Source of the DNA: Cyanidioschyzon merolae
Taxonomy: Eukaryota
NCBI GenBank assembly: GCA_000091205.1
Contig: AP006501.2
DNA length: 64,000 bases
Direction: 5' to 3' (one strand)
Shown: piece by piece, positions 22,457-32,857 of the stretch
Numbering within the stretch: the stretch's first letter is position 1
How the letters are laid out: the number at the start of each line of letters is the position of its first letter
Translations under genes and position numbers: made by a program
Notes under the pieces: generated by a model
What the model was told of the DNA's origin: nothing
Seen by the model: only the letters and a program-made list of their open reading frames with translations
The model's database searches: none

Positions 22457-24629
22457 TTATATTCGGTTGTTGTACGAGATCAAAGCTGGGCTCTGTGCGT
22501 TCAGTTAGAGCTGACTGAATAAGTGCCTCTGCTGAGCGAAATATGCCACTGCCGTTGCAGACTCCGCGTGCAGTTCGTCCATTCGCAAATGCGTGTGAGT
22601 GTGCGTACAATGCGTACGTGCGTGTGTGCATCGCCCACAGCGACGAGCGCCAGCCGTACGAGCGCTTTGGGCCTGCGCGCCATTGCTGCGCCATTCGGTG
22701 GCTGGCTCATGATCGCCGCCGTGCGTGCAGACCTTGAGCGCACCCGCGTCGGAATAAATTGGAGAGAGGCCACGCTCCCAACTCTGGCGTAAAGAATAGA
22801 GAGTGAATCTCTTTATCAAAAAGAAGCGCATTTTCAAGCTTTTTTATGAATTCTTGATTTTTTCTCTTTTCTGTCTTGGAAAACACCGGGCTCTTTTTCC
22901 CATCTAGCTCTGTTGTCAGCAGTCGAGGGGTGTTGATGACAGCGTTCGAGTCCCAATTTTAAGGCTTTCTGATGTTGTCGACGCCGTACATTCGCAGACG
23001 GCTGTTGCGATCTAAGAGAGATCGCCATTTCGATTTCTTCGTATACGGCCTCAATGCGCCATCTGCAGCTGTGATTCTTGGTTATTTTGTGGTGTTCACG
23101 TACGTCAACTACACCTTATCTTCCTCGGGCCGCTCTGCGGCGAGATAACGTTTGCGATGTCATTCAGTGTGTGCCCCCGAGGGTAACGGCGGTTCGCCTC
23201 GATGACCTCCTCCGTATCCGCACCCGACGCCGACCTCCAGCATCACAGTCATCTTCCGGGAAATCCCACGATGGCTAAGCTGTCCGCTGGACACGCAAGC
23301 ACGCGCACCTCCATTCTTTGGAGGATTTGTGGAAAACGATTTTCTCTATGATGAAAAGAGAATCGAAAGGGAAACCCGGGTTGAGAAGCAGTCAGGATTT
23401 TTTGACAAAAGTATGCTGCATTCGTGCAAAGCGGTGATGCAATCACCGCTCGAAGCGGTCGATGCGATGAATCAAGTCCGAGCCCAAGACTCTTTCCCCG
23501 ACACACTTTAGAGATGGGAGCAAATGCGAGCATATCCCGTAAGAGGTATGACGCTCCAATGGAATGCAGTTAGGTCGATATCCATAAAATAGTAGGATTT
23601 AGGGTTCGAAAAGAAGCTTTTATTCTTCTCCTGAGATGTTCAGTGAGGTTTCGGCACGAGCATGTGATGATGTCGTCAAGCTTTCCCCTCATCTATCCAG
23701 GGTGCGACTTGTTCCGCGTACGAGCCTTCTTAAAAAAGACAGATCGAAAACATGAAGAATGCGTGATTTGCGCACGCAGAACGCAAGGGATGGTAATGAG
23801 CGGAGACTTGTTCGAATGAATTGGATAAGAATTTCAGTCATTTTACGAACCCTGCTTCGAAGGCGTCGAGAATCATCTTGATTTTCGGTAAGGTTATGAA
23901 TTCCAGCCGAAAAAGGCAAAGAAGCGACGAAGGAATGAGAAGCGAGAATCCTTAAGTTACGCATGAATGAATAGCCCTTCTTGCTGCACTTCGAATATCG
24001 ACACCGTATATCTGAGGAAAAGTTCCAAAGAGAAGTCAAGAGGGAGCAGTTCTGTTCTCCGTTTTGGTCTGATACAATTGTAAGAGCGGTGCTTGGCGAT
24101 TTCTTCGACACGACGTCGCCGAGTCCCGAGCAAGTGCCCGCTCCGCCAGAGGCACTGGTGGTTGTGTGCGCCAAACTCGACTCTTCTCGACGGACAATTC
24201 ACTGATTCTTTGGGCGTTTGCTTCCTTCAATACGCTTTTGAGGAGGCAGTATCAAACGCCCACTCCACCAGATGCATTCTGAGTTGATTGAAGAAACCTC
24301 GACTCGTCTCCAACAGTACTTTTCGGACTGCCGGGCTATCGACACATTTTCCAGAGGCATCCACTCATACTGGCATGACGCCCCAGCCGCATGCTGGCGA
24401 AGGAAATGAATGGATTTTTTCTCTGCATCTTAATCCACTAGCGCCTGTTCCCTGGGGGACCAAGACTGTAGCAGAAGGCGAAAAATTGGCCAGTGTAAAG
24501 ACTCTATTAGGTTTCCGGACAATGATCATGCAGTTAAAAAATTGCCTCGCCTTCCAGAGCACGTCTGTTGTGTACAAATTTTGTAAGCAGTTTTGGAAAC
24601 GGCTAGGGCTCACGGAAACGTTTCAGCTC

Positions 24630-26838
24630 AACCGCTCGTATATCCGCAGCAAAATCGGATAGTATATCAGCACGATCTTTCTCCAACTGCCAGGGAATCC
24701 AAATCACAGCGTATATATGAGGGTGCAAAAGTCTCACTCGATTGCTGATCCATATCGTACCAGTGCATAGCTCCAGTCGGGAATCCAGAGCCCTCTCTCG
24801 CCGCCACTGATTCTTTTCATCGCAAGCCTTCTGCGTTCCAGTACCATGGCGCCGCGAAGGTCGAACCGATTACTACCTCGAGCGCTCGCTTCATGCAAAA
24901 CCGATGGACGCTCCGGAAGCACGAGACGTTTCCGGGTGCTCGTTGAGACGCCCAAGTCTCCGCGCAGAATGTGCTTGCACGCGTGGCTGCTCGGGGAATC
25001 ACGCCGTTGCCAGCCGCTCACCTGCACCCTCGTCGCTACCTGACGATGCCCCGCTTCCCGCACACCACGTCGTGCATCAGGTTCCGTTTCACATTCATCT
25101 TCTCTACCCGTTTCAGCGTGCACACATTCTTGTGATGCGTATACGTCGTTTTGAACTCATCAACGGGAGCACGTACTGCATCGATTCCTGCACTCGGTGT
25201 GCGCTCTCGCGCAACGAACACGGGTACGTGCTTTGCGCGCAGCAATACGTCGAGCGCCTTCGTCCTCCACCAAACGATGCGACACGTCTGTCGATGCTTT
25301 GTCCAACTGACTGACCACGTAGGCGATTGCACGCCAGTTCGACCTATACAACCGAAACCGTTGGCGGCCCCAGCGCGGTTCGCTGTGCCCCTGCCCCAAG
25401 ATCGTCCGCATGTGCCGCATGGTCGCTAAGGCGCACCCCGGAGCAAGCGTGCAGGGCATCCACTTCAGCTCTGCATCCTGGGGACTGCCTCGACCGCGAA
25501 TGAGCTGTTGGGCAATCCCGCCCGTTTGGCGAAAAGTAGGCGACCACACGATTTCCATGCTGCTGCTACTGCTGATCCTTTCGGAATACTCGCGTGTTCC
25601 TGGTGTGCGAACATCGATGATCCCTGTTAGGGCGCCCGTGTCCAGGTCTGCACGCTTCTCTGAATGAAGTCTCATTGAGAGCGACGAGCACTCGTCCGTC
25701 CCGTAGTAACCGCTCGCTTTTCATGATGTAATCGATCGCGGGTGTGCGTATGAGAGTGTGCGCGTCTCGTTCAACGTACGACGGTCTCACGGAGCAACGT
25801 GCTTTTGCGTCGTCCACCCGTGCCTCTTCATTACCGTCGGTATCGACGGTACAGAATCTTCATATCGTGTGGTTTTTTCTCTGCTTTTTCTGAACGGAAC
25901 TGTGGAGTGGAACGGATTGAAAACGAGCAAGGCTTGTAGGTGGCGTCTGGTACGTTCTCGTTTTGGAGCGCAGTTCTAGGAACAGGCACTACGAGACAGC
26001 TGATTCATGCACTTTATCGGATTGCGTTGCCTTCAGTTAAGAATGACGGCGGTTTGCGCAAGCAAGCCATAAAAAGCTCAAAACGTTTCGCGACTTTCCC
26101 CCGAATCTATAGTACACAATTGCTTGGTTGAACACCTGCGAGAAAAGCAATCGAAACAAAAGCGCGCCCTCGAACAGTTGTTCCAGAATCCACTGCTCTA
26201 AGTTTATAGTCGGTACAACGAGCAGCGGTTCACGACCATGATAGGTACATAGACACCCACTCGCAGACGCCTCACTCTCTCGTCTGACCGGCCGCCTGCT
26301 ATCAGTTCCAGATTCTGCATGTATACCTCGAGCCTGAGAGGCTGCCTCACAAGACGGGCTCGCGCCAGCGCCTCGGGTATCCTCTTCAGCACCGCACATC
26401 GTTTGGTATAGATGGCGGCGTTCACGTCTCGATTCACGAACTCCTTGCGTGCATTGACGCTGGTGGAGCTCAACATTGCAAGAATTCCAAGTACTCGCGC
26501 CCCCTGCGCCACAACAGTCTCGTCATTGTCACGTCTAGCAAACACCTTTTATCGTCTGTGTCCCCTATTCTTCTTTTTTTCCTCGTAACTTGCTTGTCTT
26601 CGCTCGATGATCGGCGATGAGAGGATTTTTTGCGTTTTCTTCGGGCAGCCAGGGATGACGGTCCTCCAGGATCCTCGGCTTTTACGTGCATACCTTCCCC
26701 TTGAATACTGTATTTCTTCAAGATGAACGCGCTTCGAATGAATCTGCGGTAAACCGCGAAGAGGCCGTAAAGGACTCGCACCTGCGGTGGAACATAATAG
26801 AGGTAGCAGACTGTTAGAGACACTCGGGACTGTGCCAG
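24630..26838. repeat. Inverted-repeat arm A' (inverted copy of 6833-9020)
   Basis: See arm A. The A' end at 26838 lies only ~40 bp from the start of B' at 26880. Confidence 0.85.
26260..26450 (-). repeat. ~200-bp dispersed core repeat, copy 3 of 4 (inside arm A')
   Basis: Reverse complement of the 7205-7420 core, as part of the A/A' duplication. Confidence 0.7.
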
Positions 26839-26879
26839 ATCATATGCTTTCAATCCAATTTCGTTTCAGCCTCTGCTGC

Positions 26880-28270
26880 AGCGTATAGCAAGATATCGAA
26901 ATCACTATTGAATGAGCCCTGTAGATCGTAGTCGAATTGCCTGTAGGATATATTCTTTACTGAGCAATACACGGAATACTGCATTCCTTCTGCAGGTCAG
27001 TCATACCACAGTTTCAGATGGTTCAGGAACACTGGAAGGAGAGAAGCATGTACACTACAGGCAAAAACCAATATTCTCGGAGATTGCCTGCTGTCGGTGG
27101 TAGAAAACGTCCCGTTAATCGCCTTACGGAAAGCAAAAAGGACGATGAAAGTCTCCACGGGCGTCTCGGTTACTCAGCAGTTTGTTCGTGTAGTCTTGAA
27201 AACACTGGGATACGCTTACAAGAAAGTCAAAGTTCAATGAACGTCAGCTTCCACCGAAATCGCAACGACAGAATTCTCGGAACGCTGCGATCGATATGAA
27301 GCACAGAGACATTGGTATGTTTTTCAAATCGATGAAACCTTCTTCGGAAAAACGATCGGGGCATGGATGGGTATTCGCTGACTGGGGGCCCGATGCATGC
27401 ATGAAGGTACTCGAAGAGAACGATGATATCTTCATCAGTTCAAGCTGGAATGGATTCATTTGATGGCCTCAGTTTCGCAAGTGAAGAAGGCTCATACAAC
27501 AGCGCCACCAAGTTTGTGGAATCATTAAAGACTTTACTCCTGACGTCTGGCGACGTCCTTCCATTGATCAACATGGTATTTAACAATTCGACTTGGTTTC
27601 GAGCATTTGCGGATCCTGCCTGGGTACAGTAGCTTTTCATCCCTCCGTAATTGCCGTGATTCAACGTCTTCGAATGACCGTTTTGGATCGTGAAACGTAA
27701 TGATCCCTCCGCTGGCCGAATCGCTGAAGCTTTCAGCACACGACGACACACTGGGGCACATTTCGTCTCTCCTACGCAAGAGCTTCACGCTTGAGGAATT
27801 TTCTCACCTGAGTTCATAAAGAATTGTGCTCATTTGAAAATATGTAAAACCCAGGAGACGAGCTGGGGGTGTACAGTTTTGAGGTGGAAATGGAAAAAGA
27901 GCCAGCGGAGCGTTTTAGCGATAGCGAAGCATGGGGAGCTGACGGAGCACCGAATGTCACGTAGGGCACGAGTTCGAGGACTACTTTCTCTGGTGATTTC
28001 CTCCAGCGGCAATTTACGCACTGAGTTCGTGAGCCGAAACTTCAACGTCGCTATCAATATCAGGAGATATGCGGTGCTGAAGACGAGCCCCCAAGACCTG
28101 ACGAAATCTACCTTGGTATTGTAGCCTCTCAGGCTCGAAGTCTACATGGAAAAAGTGACACCATTATCAGGAAGCCGATCACGTTAAGGCGGAGAGGTGT
28201 TTGTGCATAGGCATTAATTTAACGTAAACGGCGGGAATTTTTTTGTTCCATTGAACGTGTATGCGTGTGC
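26880..28270. repeat. Repeat element B' (inverted copy of 12440-13893)
   Basis: See element B. Terminal homology: tttttgttccattgaacg (about 28245) matches tttttgttccaatgacg in the reverse complement of about 12460. Confidence 0.6.
28021..28200 (+). repeat. ~200-bp dispersed core repeat, copy 4 of 4 (terminal part of element B')
   Basis: Aligns with 7205-7420 (gagttcgtgagccgaaac..gcggtgctgaagacgag..ctcaggctcgaagtctacatgg). Confidence 0.7.
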
Positions 28271-28456
28271 GTTTTTTCAGGATCTGGCTGTGTTTCTTTA
28301 ACCAGCTCAGCATTCAGCGTCTCGGTTAGTATTGGGTGCCTTGTCTTGTTAGCGGTAGCGCACAGGGCTTAAAGTGGACAGAAACAGCCACAAGGCGGAC
28401 TAAGGAATAGAACAACCAGAGAGCGTTCTTGCACAGCTTGTGCTAGGGAGGACTCG

Positions 28457-30820
28457 ATGCGAAACGGAGCGAGTTGTAAAAGAAAAAAACGTGAAGAGGA
28501 TTTGCAGGGTGGTCTCATGCCTAGGCGAACGCAACTGAAGCGTCGTACCGTGCGAAAGACGGGCGCAAGCTCTCGACCAAGTCTCCCTACAGAGGCCGAA
28601 CAACGGCGTTTCAACTGCGGAGACTATGTGCTTCTGAGGGCTCCGAAAAAGGAATCACAAGATACTGCAGCGGGGGGTAGTCTGTCGCGGACAATAGCCG
28701 CCACAACTCCGAGGGGCCGCAGACGGAGCCAAGGACCTGAGGATGTCGCAGAGATCGATCTGACGACGTGTTGGATCGCTCAGATTCTCAAGATATCGAG
28801 AGAGAGTACAGGGAACGACGAGCGTATCCTGGTAAAATGGTTTTATCGTATGAAAGACCTCTATCACTGGCATACCACGGTAGGCCACGAGGAGGTCTTT
28901 GAGAGCGAGCATCTCGACGAAAATGAGTCCGATTGCGTCGTCGGTCGGTGCCACATCGTTTGCGAAATGGAATGGCGAATGCTTCTAGAAAAGCGCACCC
29001 GAAGCAGTTCTGTGTCAAAGCAAGAGGAGCTTCGGGTCTTCTTATGCCGGGAACGTTATGACTTTATCACGGGGAGCTTTGCACCGTCCACAATGACGAT
29101 CCAGTGGATTCAGGAGCACCAACCAGACTCTAATTTCGTTGCCTCGAGCATTCAGAGAGACAGTTTTAGTCATCGATCATTGCTCGCTCTGCTTCGTTAC
29201 ATGGTTGAAAACAGCTTTCCCGTCGATAATGATGGCGACTGCGCCGAGCAGGTCGATCTTCATGATACCGGCGATGAAGACGCCTGGGATCCTGCAGAAG
29301 AGCGAGCCCTTCAGCTGCGTCTCCGCTCGAGGCAACGTGCAGCGGCCGGCAGATCGCGCGGCAACAACTGTAGCCAGGAGTCAGATATGACGCCGCGTCC
29401 AAGAGCTGGAGGTCAGCTATTACTCTGGCCGTCCGATGTGGGTGCCCACGAGCACCGCCAATCGAGGATTTCAAAGAACGCCGTTGAGTTCGCGGAGGTA
29501 TCTGAGCCAACGGGGTCCGTCCCCCGTCTACTCCAAGTTTCCCGCTTCGGGGCCCCCCGCGTCCAGTTAGTGTGCCGTGACGTCGAGACTGAGCGTGTCT
29601 TGAAGTTCCTAACCGACTGTTTGCGCGGCTCTTCAGAGCGTTGTCTTTATATTTCCGGAGTACCTGGCACCGGCAAGACGGCTGTAGTCCGTTGTGCTGT
29701 ACAACAACTCGAGCAGCGACGTCAGCAGGGTCAGGTACCGCACTTTCAGTACATCGAGATCAACGGCATGACTATCCCTGATCCAACAAGAGCATATAAC
29801 ATTCTCTTACAACGACTGGGGCACCGCAGCACAGGTGCCGCCGGTGGACGACGGCCACCGGCGCCTGCAGAGGCGGCACGTCTGCTCGATCAGCGTTTCC
29901 GTCAGCGCAGAGGCGTCCATAACAGAAAGCATCATTCATCTATCCTAGTGCTTTTAGATGAAATGGATGCACTCGTTCTGAACCATTCCGCAGCGGCGCA
30001 GAGGGTGCTGTATGACTTCCTTGACTGGGCCAGCCGGCCTGCATCAGAACTAGTCATCATTGGTATTGCGAACACCCTCGATCTACCGGAGCGTCTGTTA
30101 CCTCGGCTTGCGTCCAGGCTCGGAATGAACCGTCAGGTGTTCAAACCCTATTCTGTGACCCAGTTGCAGCAGATTCTTCGCCACAAATTGGGGCCCCAGC
30201 TTTTGCAACATTTCGATGAAGACGCATTAGAGCTCTGCACGCGCAGAGTTGCGGCAGTATCTGGAGATATTCGACGAGCACTGGCCATCTGTTTGCATGC
30301 GTATGCTCGCTCGCATAGCGAGGATTGTTCTTTGAGGGCTTCAGAAAACGAGCATGATCGCCTGGTATCTGCTGTGGATATCGATGAGGCAATTAGAGAG
30401 CTGACTCCGAGCTCTGTCCAGAGTGCTGTGAAACAGCTAAGCCAGATCGAGCAGCAGGTCCTCATGAGTGCAGCACTTTGTGGTAGACAGGCAGTGCAGC
30501 AGGGCTCCGAAACTTTCCGTTTCCAACAGATATGGCATAGATTTCGGCAGTTTCACGCCTCCACAGAAGGTCATCCTGCATACCCGTTGCCCTTGCAGGA
30601 CCAGATCGAAGAGGTCTGGCATATCCTCATGGGTCTTTGTGCCTGCAACCTGCTTAGTTGTTCAGTGCCGTCTTCTTCTTGTGCTTACGCTGGATTTGCG
30701 AGTACTCGACTCCCAAATCTGCACGAAAGCCAATTCGTGTTGAACCCGCTTTTTGACGATATTGCATTTGCATTTCGCGAGAACCGTTCATTTGCGCAAG
30801 CTGCTGGGGAACTTGTATGA
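28457..30820 (+). CDS. ORC1: Origin recognition complex subunit 1 (ORC1), BAH + AAA+ ATPase
   Basis: 787 aa. The N-terminal BAH-like region (ILVKWFYRMKDLYHW..CHIVCEMEW) precedes an AAA+ core with Walker A (LYISGVPGTGKTAVVRCAV) and Walker B (ILVLLDEMDAL). The sensor and winged-helix region contains QVFKPYSVTQLQQILRHKL..AVSGDIRRALAIC. ORC1 is assigned over CDC6 because of the BAH domain and the size. Confidence 0.85.
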   Translation: MRNGASCKRKKREEDLQGGLMPRRTQLKRRTVRKTGASSRPSLPTEAEQRRFNCGDYVLLRAPKKESQDTAAGGSLSRTIAATTPRGRRRSQGPEDVAEIDLTTCWIAQILKISRESTGNDERILVKWFYRMKDLYHWHTTVGHEEVFESEHLDENESDCVVGRCHIVCEMEWRMLLEKRTRSSSVSKQEELRVFLCRERYDFITGSFAPSTMTIQWIQEHQPDSNFVASSIQRDSFSHRSLLALLRYMVENSFPVDNDGDCAEQVDLHDTGDEDAWDPAEERALQLRLRSRQRAAAGRSRGNNCSQESDMTPRPRAGGQLLLWPSDVGAHEHRQSRISKNAVEFAEVSEPTGSVPRLLQVSRFGAPRVQLVCRDVETERVLKFLTDCLRGSSERCLYISGVPGTGKTAVVRCAVQQLEQRRQQGQVPHFQYIEINGMTIPDPTRAYNILLQRLGHRSTGAAGGRRPPAPAEAARLLDQRFRQRRGVHNRKHHSSILVLLDEMDALVLNHSAAAQRVLYDFLDWASRPASELVIIGIANTLDLPERLLPRLASRLGMNRQVFKPYSVTQLQQILRHKLGPQLLQHFDEDALELCTRRVAAVSGDIRRALAICLHAYARSHSEDCSLRASENEHDRLVSAVDIDEAIRELTPSSVQSAVKQLSQIEQQVLMSAALCGRQAVQQGSETFRFQQIWHRFRQFHASTEGHPAYPLPLQDQIEEVWHILMGLCACNLLSCSVPSSSCAYAGFASTRLPNLHESQFVLNPLFDDIAFAFRENRSFAQAAGELV

Positions 30821-31179
30821 AATTTTGAATAGTTTGTTCCATACGGCGAAATTTGAATGCTCGCGAGGAATGAGTCGATAGACTCGTGTTGCTGATTTCA
30901 TTGCTATCCTGAATAGACAAAGCATGCTAATCGGAGCACCATCCCCTGGTCCTCCATCGCCTAGAGCTCAGTCTGTCGATGATGCAACGAAAAATGCATC
31001 GTCATTTCCATGTGTCAATGTGCTTATCAGGCTTATTAGAAATAGATGCCCACGAACGAGGACATATGCTATTGAAGCTTAGTAGGAGCAGTTCCCATCG
31101 CCCGTGGCAGTGTCCTTGTTAGCCTTGATAAGAGCATATGCTCAAGGCCGGTGCTAGCAGTTCAACGCTGACTCGTTCT

Positions 31180-31836
31180 TCAGCGCAGGAATTTCGAAGC
31201 GAGAGCACCTGCCATGAGCAAGCCGAGCAATGGCTGCACAACTGGTTGCCAAAGTATGTACCAAACATCCAACAACGCGCTGTATCCGCTGGTCAACTGA
31301 AGAATAACTCCAACAACAAGCCACGCCATGAAAAAGAACACTAAAAAAGCGTCTGCAATCAACAGGTTTGTGAGCCAGCTACGAAGCCTACCAGCGACAG
31401 GTTTTGACTCTCCAACCTGTATTTTTTCCGCGTTGCCAGGACTCTGGCGTCGGAAACGTTCGATATCCGACAGGAGGTCCTTATTGGGGCCGAGCTTTCG
31501 ATCTCCGGGTCGCCTAGAGGTCCCCGGCCCGTTGCCGTTAAGGGCGAAAACTTCACGAGTTGCTGTTCGAGGCCCTCGACCTGCTCTGTGGGCCGCGCTT
31601 CTAAAAAACGCCAACGCGGCGTTCCTTTCGACGTTGTGTATTCCTGACGTAAGAAAATCTTGCCAGTCAAAGCCGCATCGCCGAGTGGTCTGCCCCTTCA
31701 GGGCCGACACTGCGATGAACATGGCCTCCGAGAGAGCGAACCGATGCGCTTGTCCAGTTCCTGAACGAAACGCAAGACTTGTGAGACCCGTGACACCATC
31801 TACCAAAATACATTTATAAGGGATTATAACTGTCAA
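31180..31836 (-). CDS. Hypothetical protein with C-terminal two-helix membrane anchor
   Basis: 218-aa ORF. The C-terminal 70 aa are strongly hydrophobic (LLIADAFLVFFFMAWLVVGVILQL…LLGLLMAGALASKF). The N-terminal part has low complexity, so this may be only partly coding. Confidence 0.2.
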   Translation of the reverse strand: MTVIIPYKCILVDGVTGLTSLAFRSGTGQAHRFALSEAMFIAVSALKGQTTRRCGFDWQDFLTSGIHNVERNAALAFFRSAAHRAGRGPRTATREVFALNGNGPGTSRRPGDRKLGPNKDLLSDIERFRRQSPGNAEKIQVGESKPVAGRLRSWLTNLLIADAFLVFFFMAWLVVGVILQLTSGYSALLDVWYILWQPVVQPLLGLLMAGALASKFLR

Positions 31837-32857
31837 TTTACGAACTTATTTGTACACTCAGTTTTCGCATAAGCACGCACGCTGGGCAACACAGAATTCA
31901 GAATGAAATGGAAAGGGTCGACTTTATTAACTCGGTCGTCTACGCCAAAGTTTAGGCTTTAGCCCTCTCGTATGAGCGCCAGCCTTCACAGGATACGTCT
32001 CTGACTGTGTCGTCTTCGTCCCTTTTTTCCGGCTTTAAACACCCCGATCGCTCCTCTCCCTCCGTTCCGGGTGTCAGCAGTCCGAGAATATTGATGACAA
32101 CCCGTAAGTCTCAATTTCACAGCTCCCGGATGTTTTTGCCGCGTGCCAGGCGATGTGTTTATCGCAACGCGGGCCTATGCGTGAAAATCATAGACTACAA
32201 CCGGAAGTGGTGTAATTGAGACTTAACTGTTTTCATTAATATTCTCGGACTGCTGACACCCGGAACGGAGGGAAAAGAATGTACAGCACGTCAAAAGCCG
32301 GCGAAAAAGAGTCGATCAGCAAGCAATCACGGAAATATCCCGCAATGGCTAGTGCTCATAACAGAGTGCTAATACCCAAATTTTAGAGTAGCCGCTTTCA
32401 CTCGCGAACTCTGTCGGCATTGATGAAATATGTCCATAATCCAAACAAAAAGGATATTTTAATGCGAGAAGCTTTCGTAACTCTTTCGCTCTAGCCGTGA
32501 CTCCAGCGTAGAGATCTTCCACCATCACTACTGAGGTTGGAAACGAAGGTGCACTCGGGGTTAGGCGACGGGATCGTTCCGGCTTTCGAGTTCGAGTACA
32601 CTTGTAGGCCGGGCTCTCAGAAGTTACTTCGCAAAGGCGATCGGCAATAACATCTGGGCAGCTTTCGAGTCCAGCTGCTTCCTTCAAGTTCTTTTGGGAC
32701 GGAGAATCTTTTACGTTAACTAAGGGTGTCCGATCGCGCGATTGATATCATTTTGTGCAGTGCTTCTCTCCAAAGTACGGCCGCCAGAAACAGAGGCGCA
32801 TCAGTACGATCCAGCAACCCGCTTTCGGGGTATTTGGTAAGAGACGGCTTCTCCTGA

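Noticed and set aside
22500-22700. GT/GC-rich stretch (gtgtgagtgtgcgtac…gtgcgtgtgtgcatcg)
   Set aside because: A short, imperfect dinucleotide-like microsatellite. Too irregular and short to annotate as a repeat feature of interest.
6833-28270. A+B on the left and A'+B' on the right as one simple palindromic (head-to-head) duplication
   Set aside because: The order of A and B is the same on both sides in plus-strand coordinates (A then B). A palindrome would require B then A on the left. The left copies are also separated by 3.4 kb of unique sequence containing a gene.
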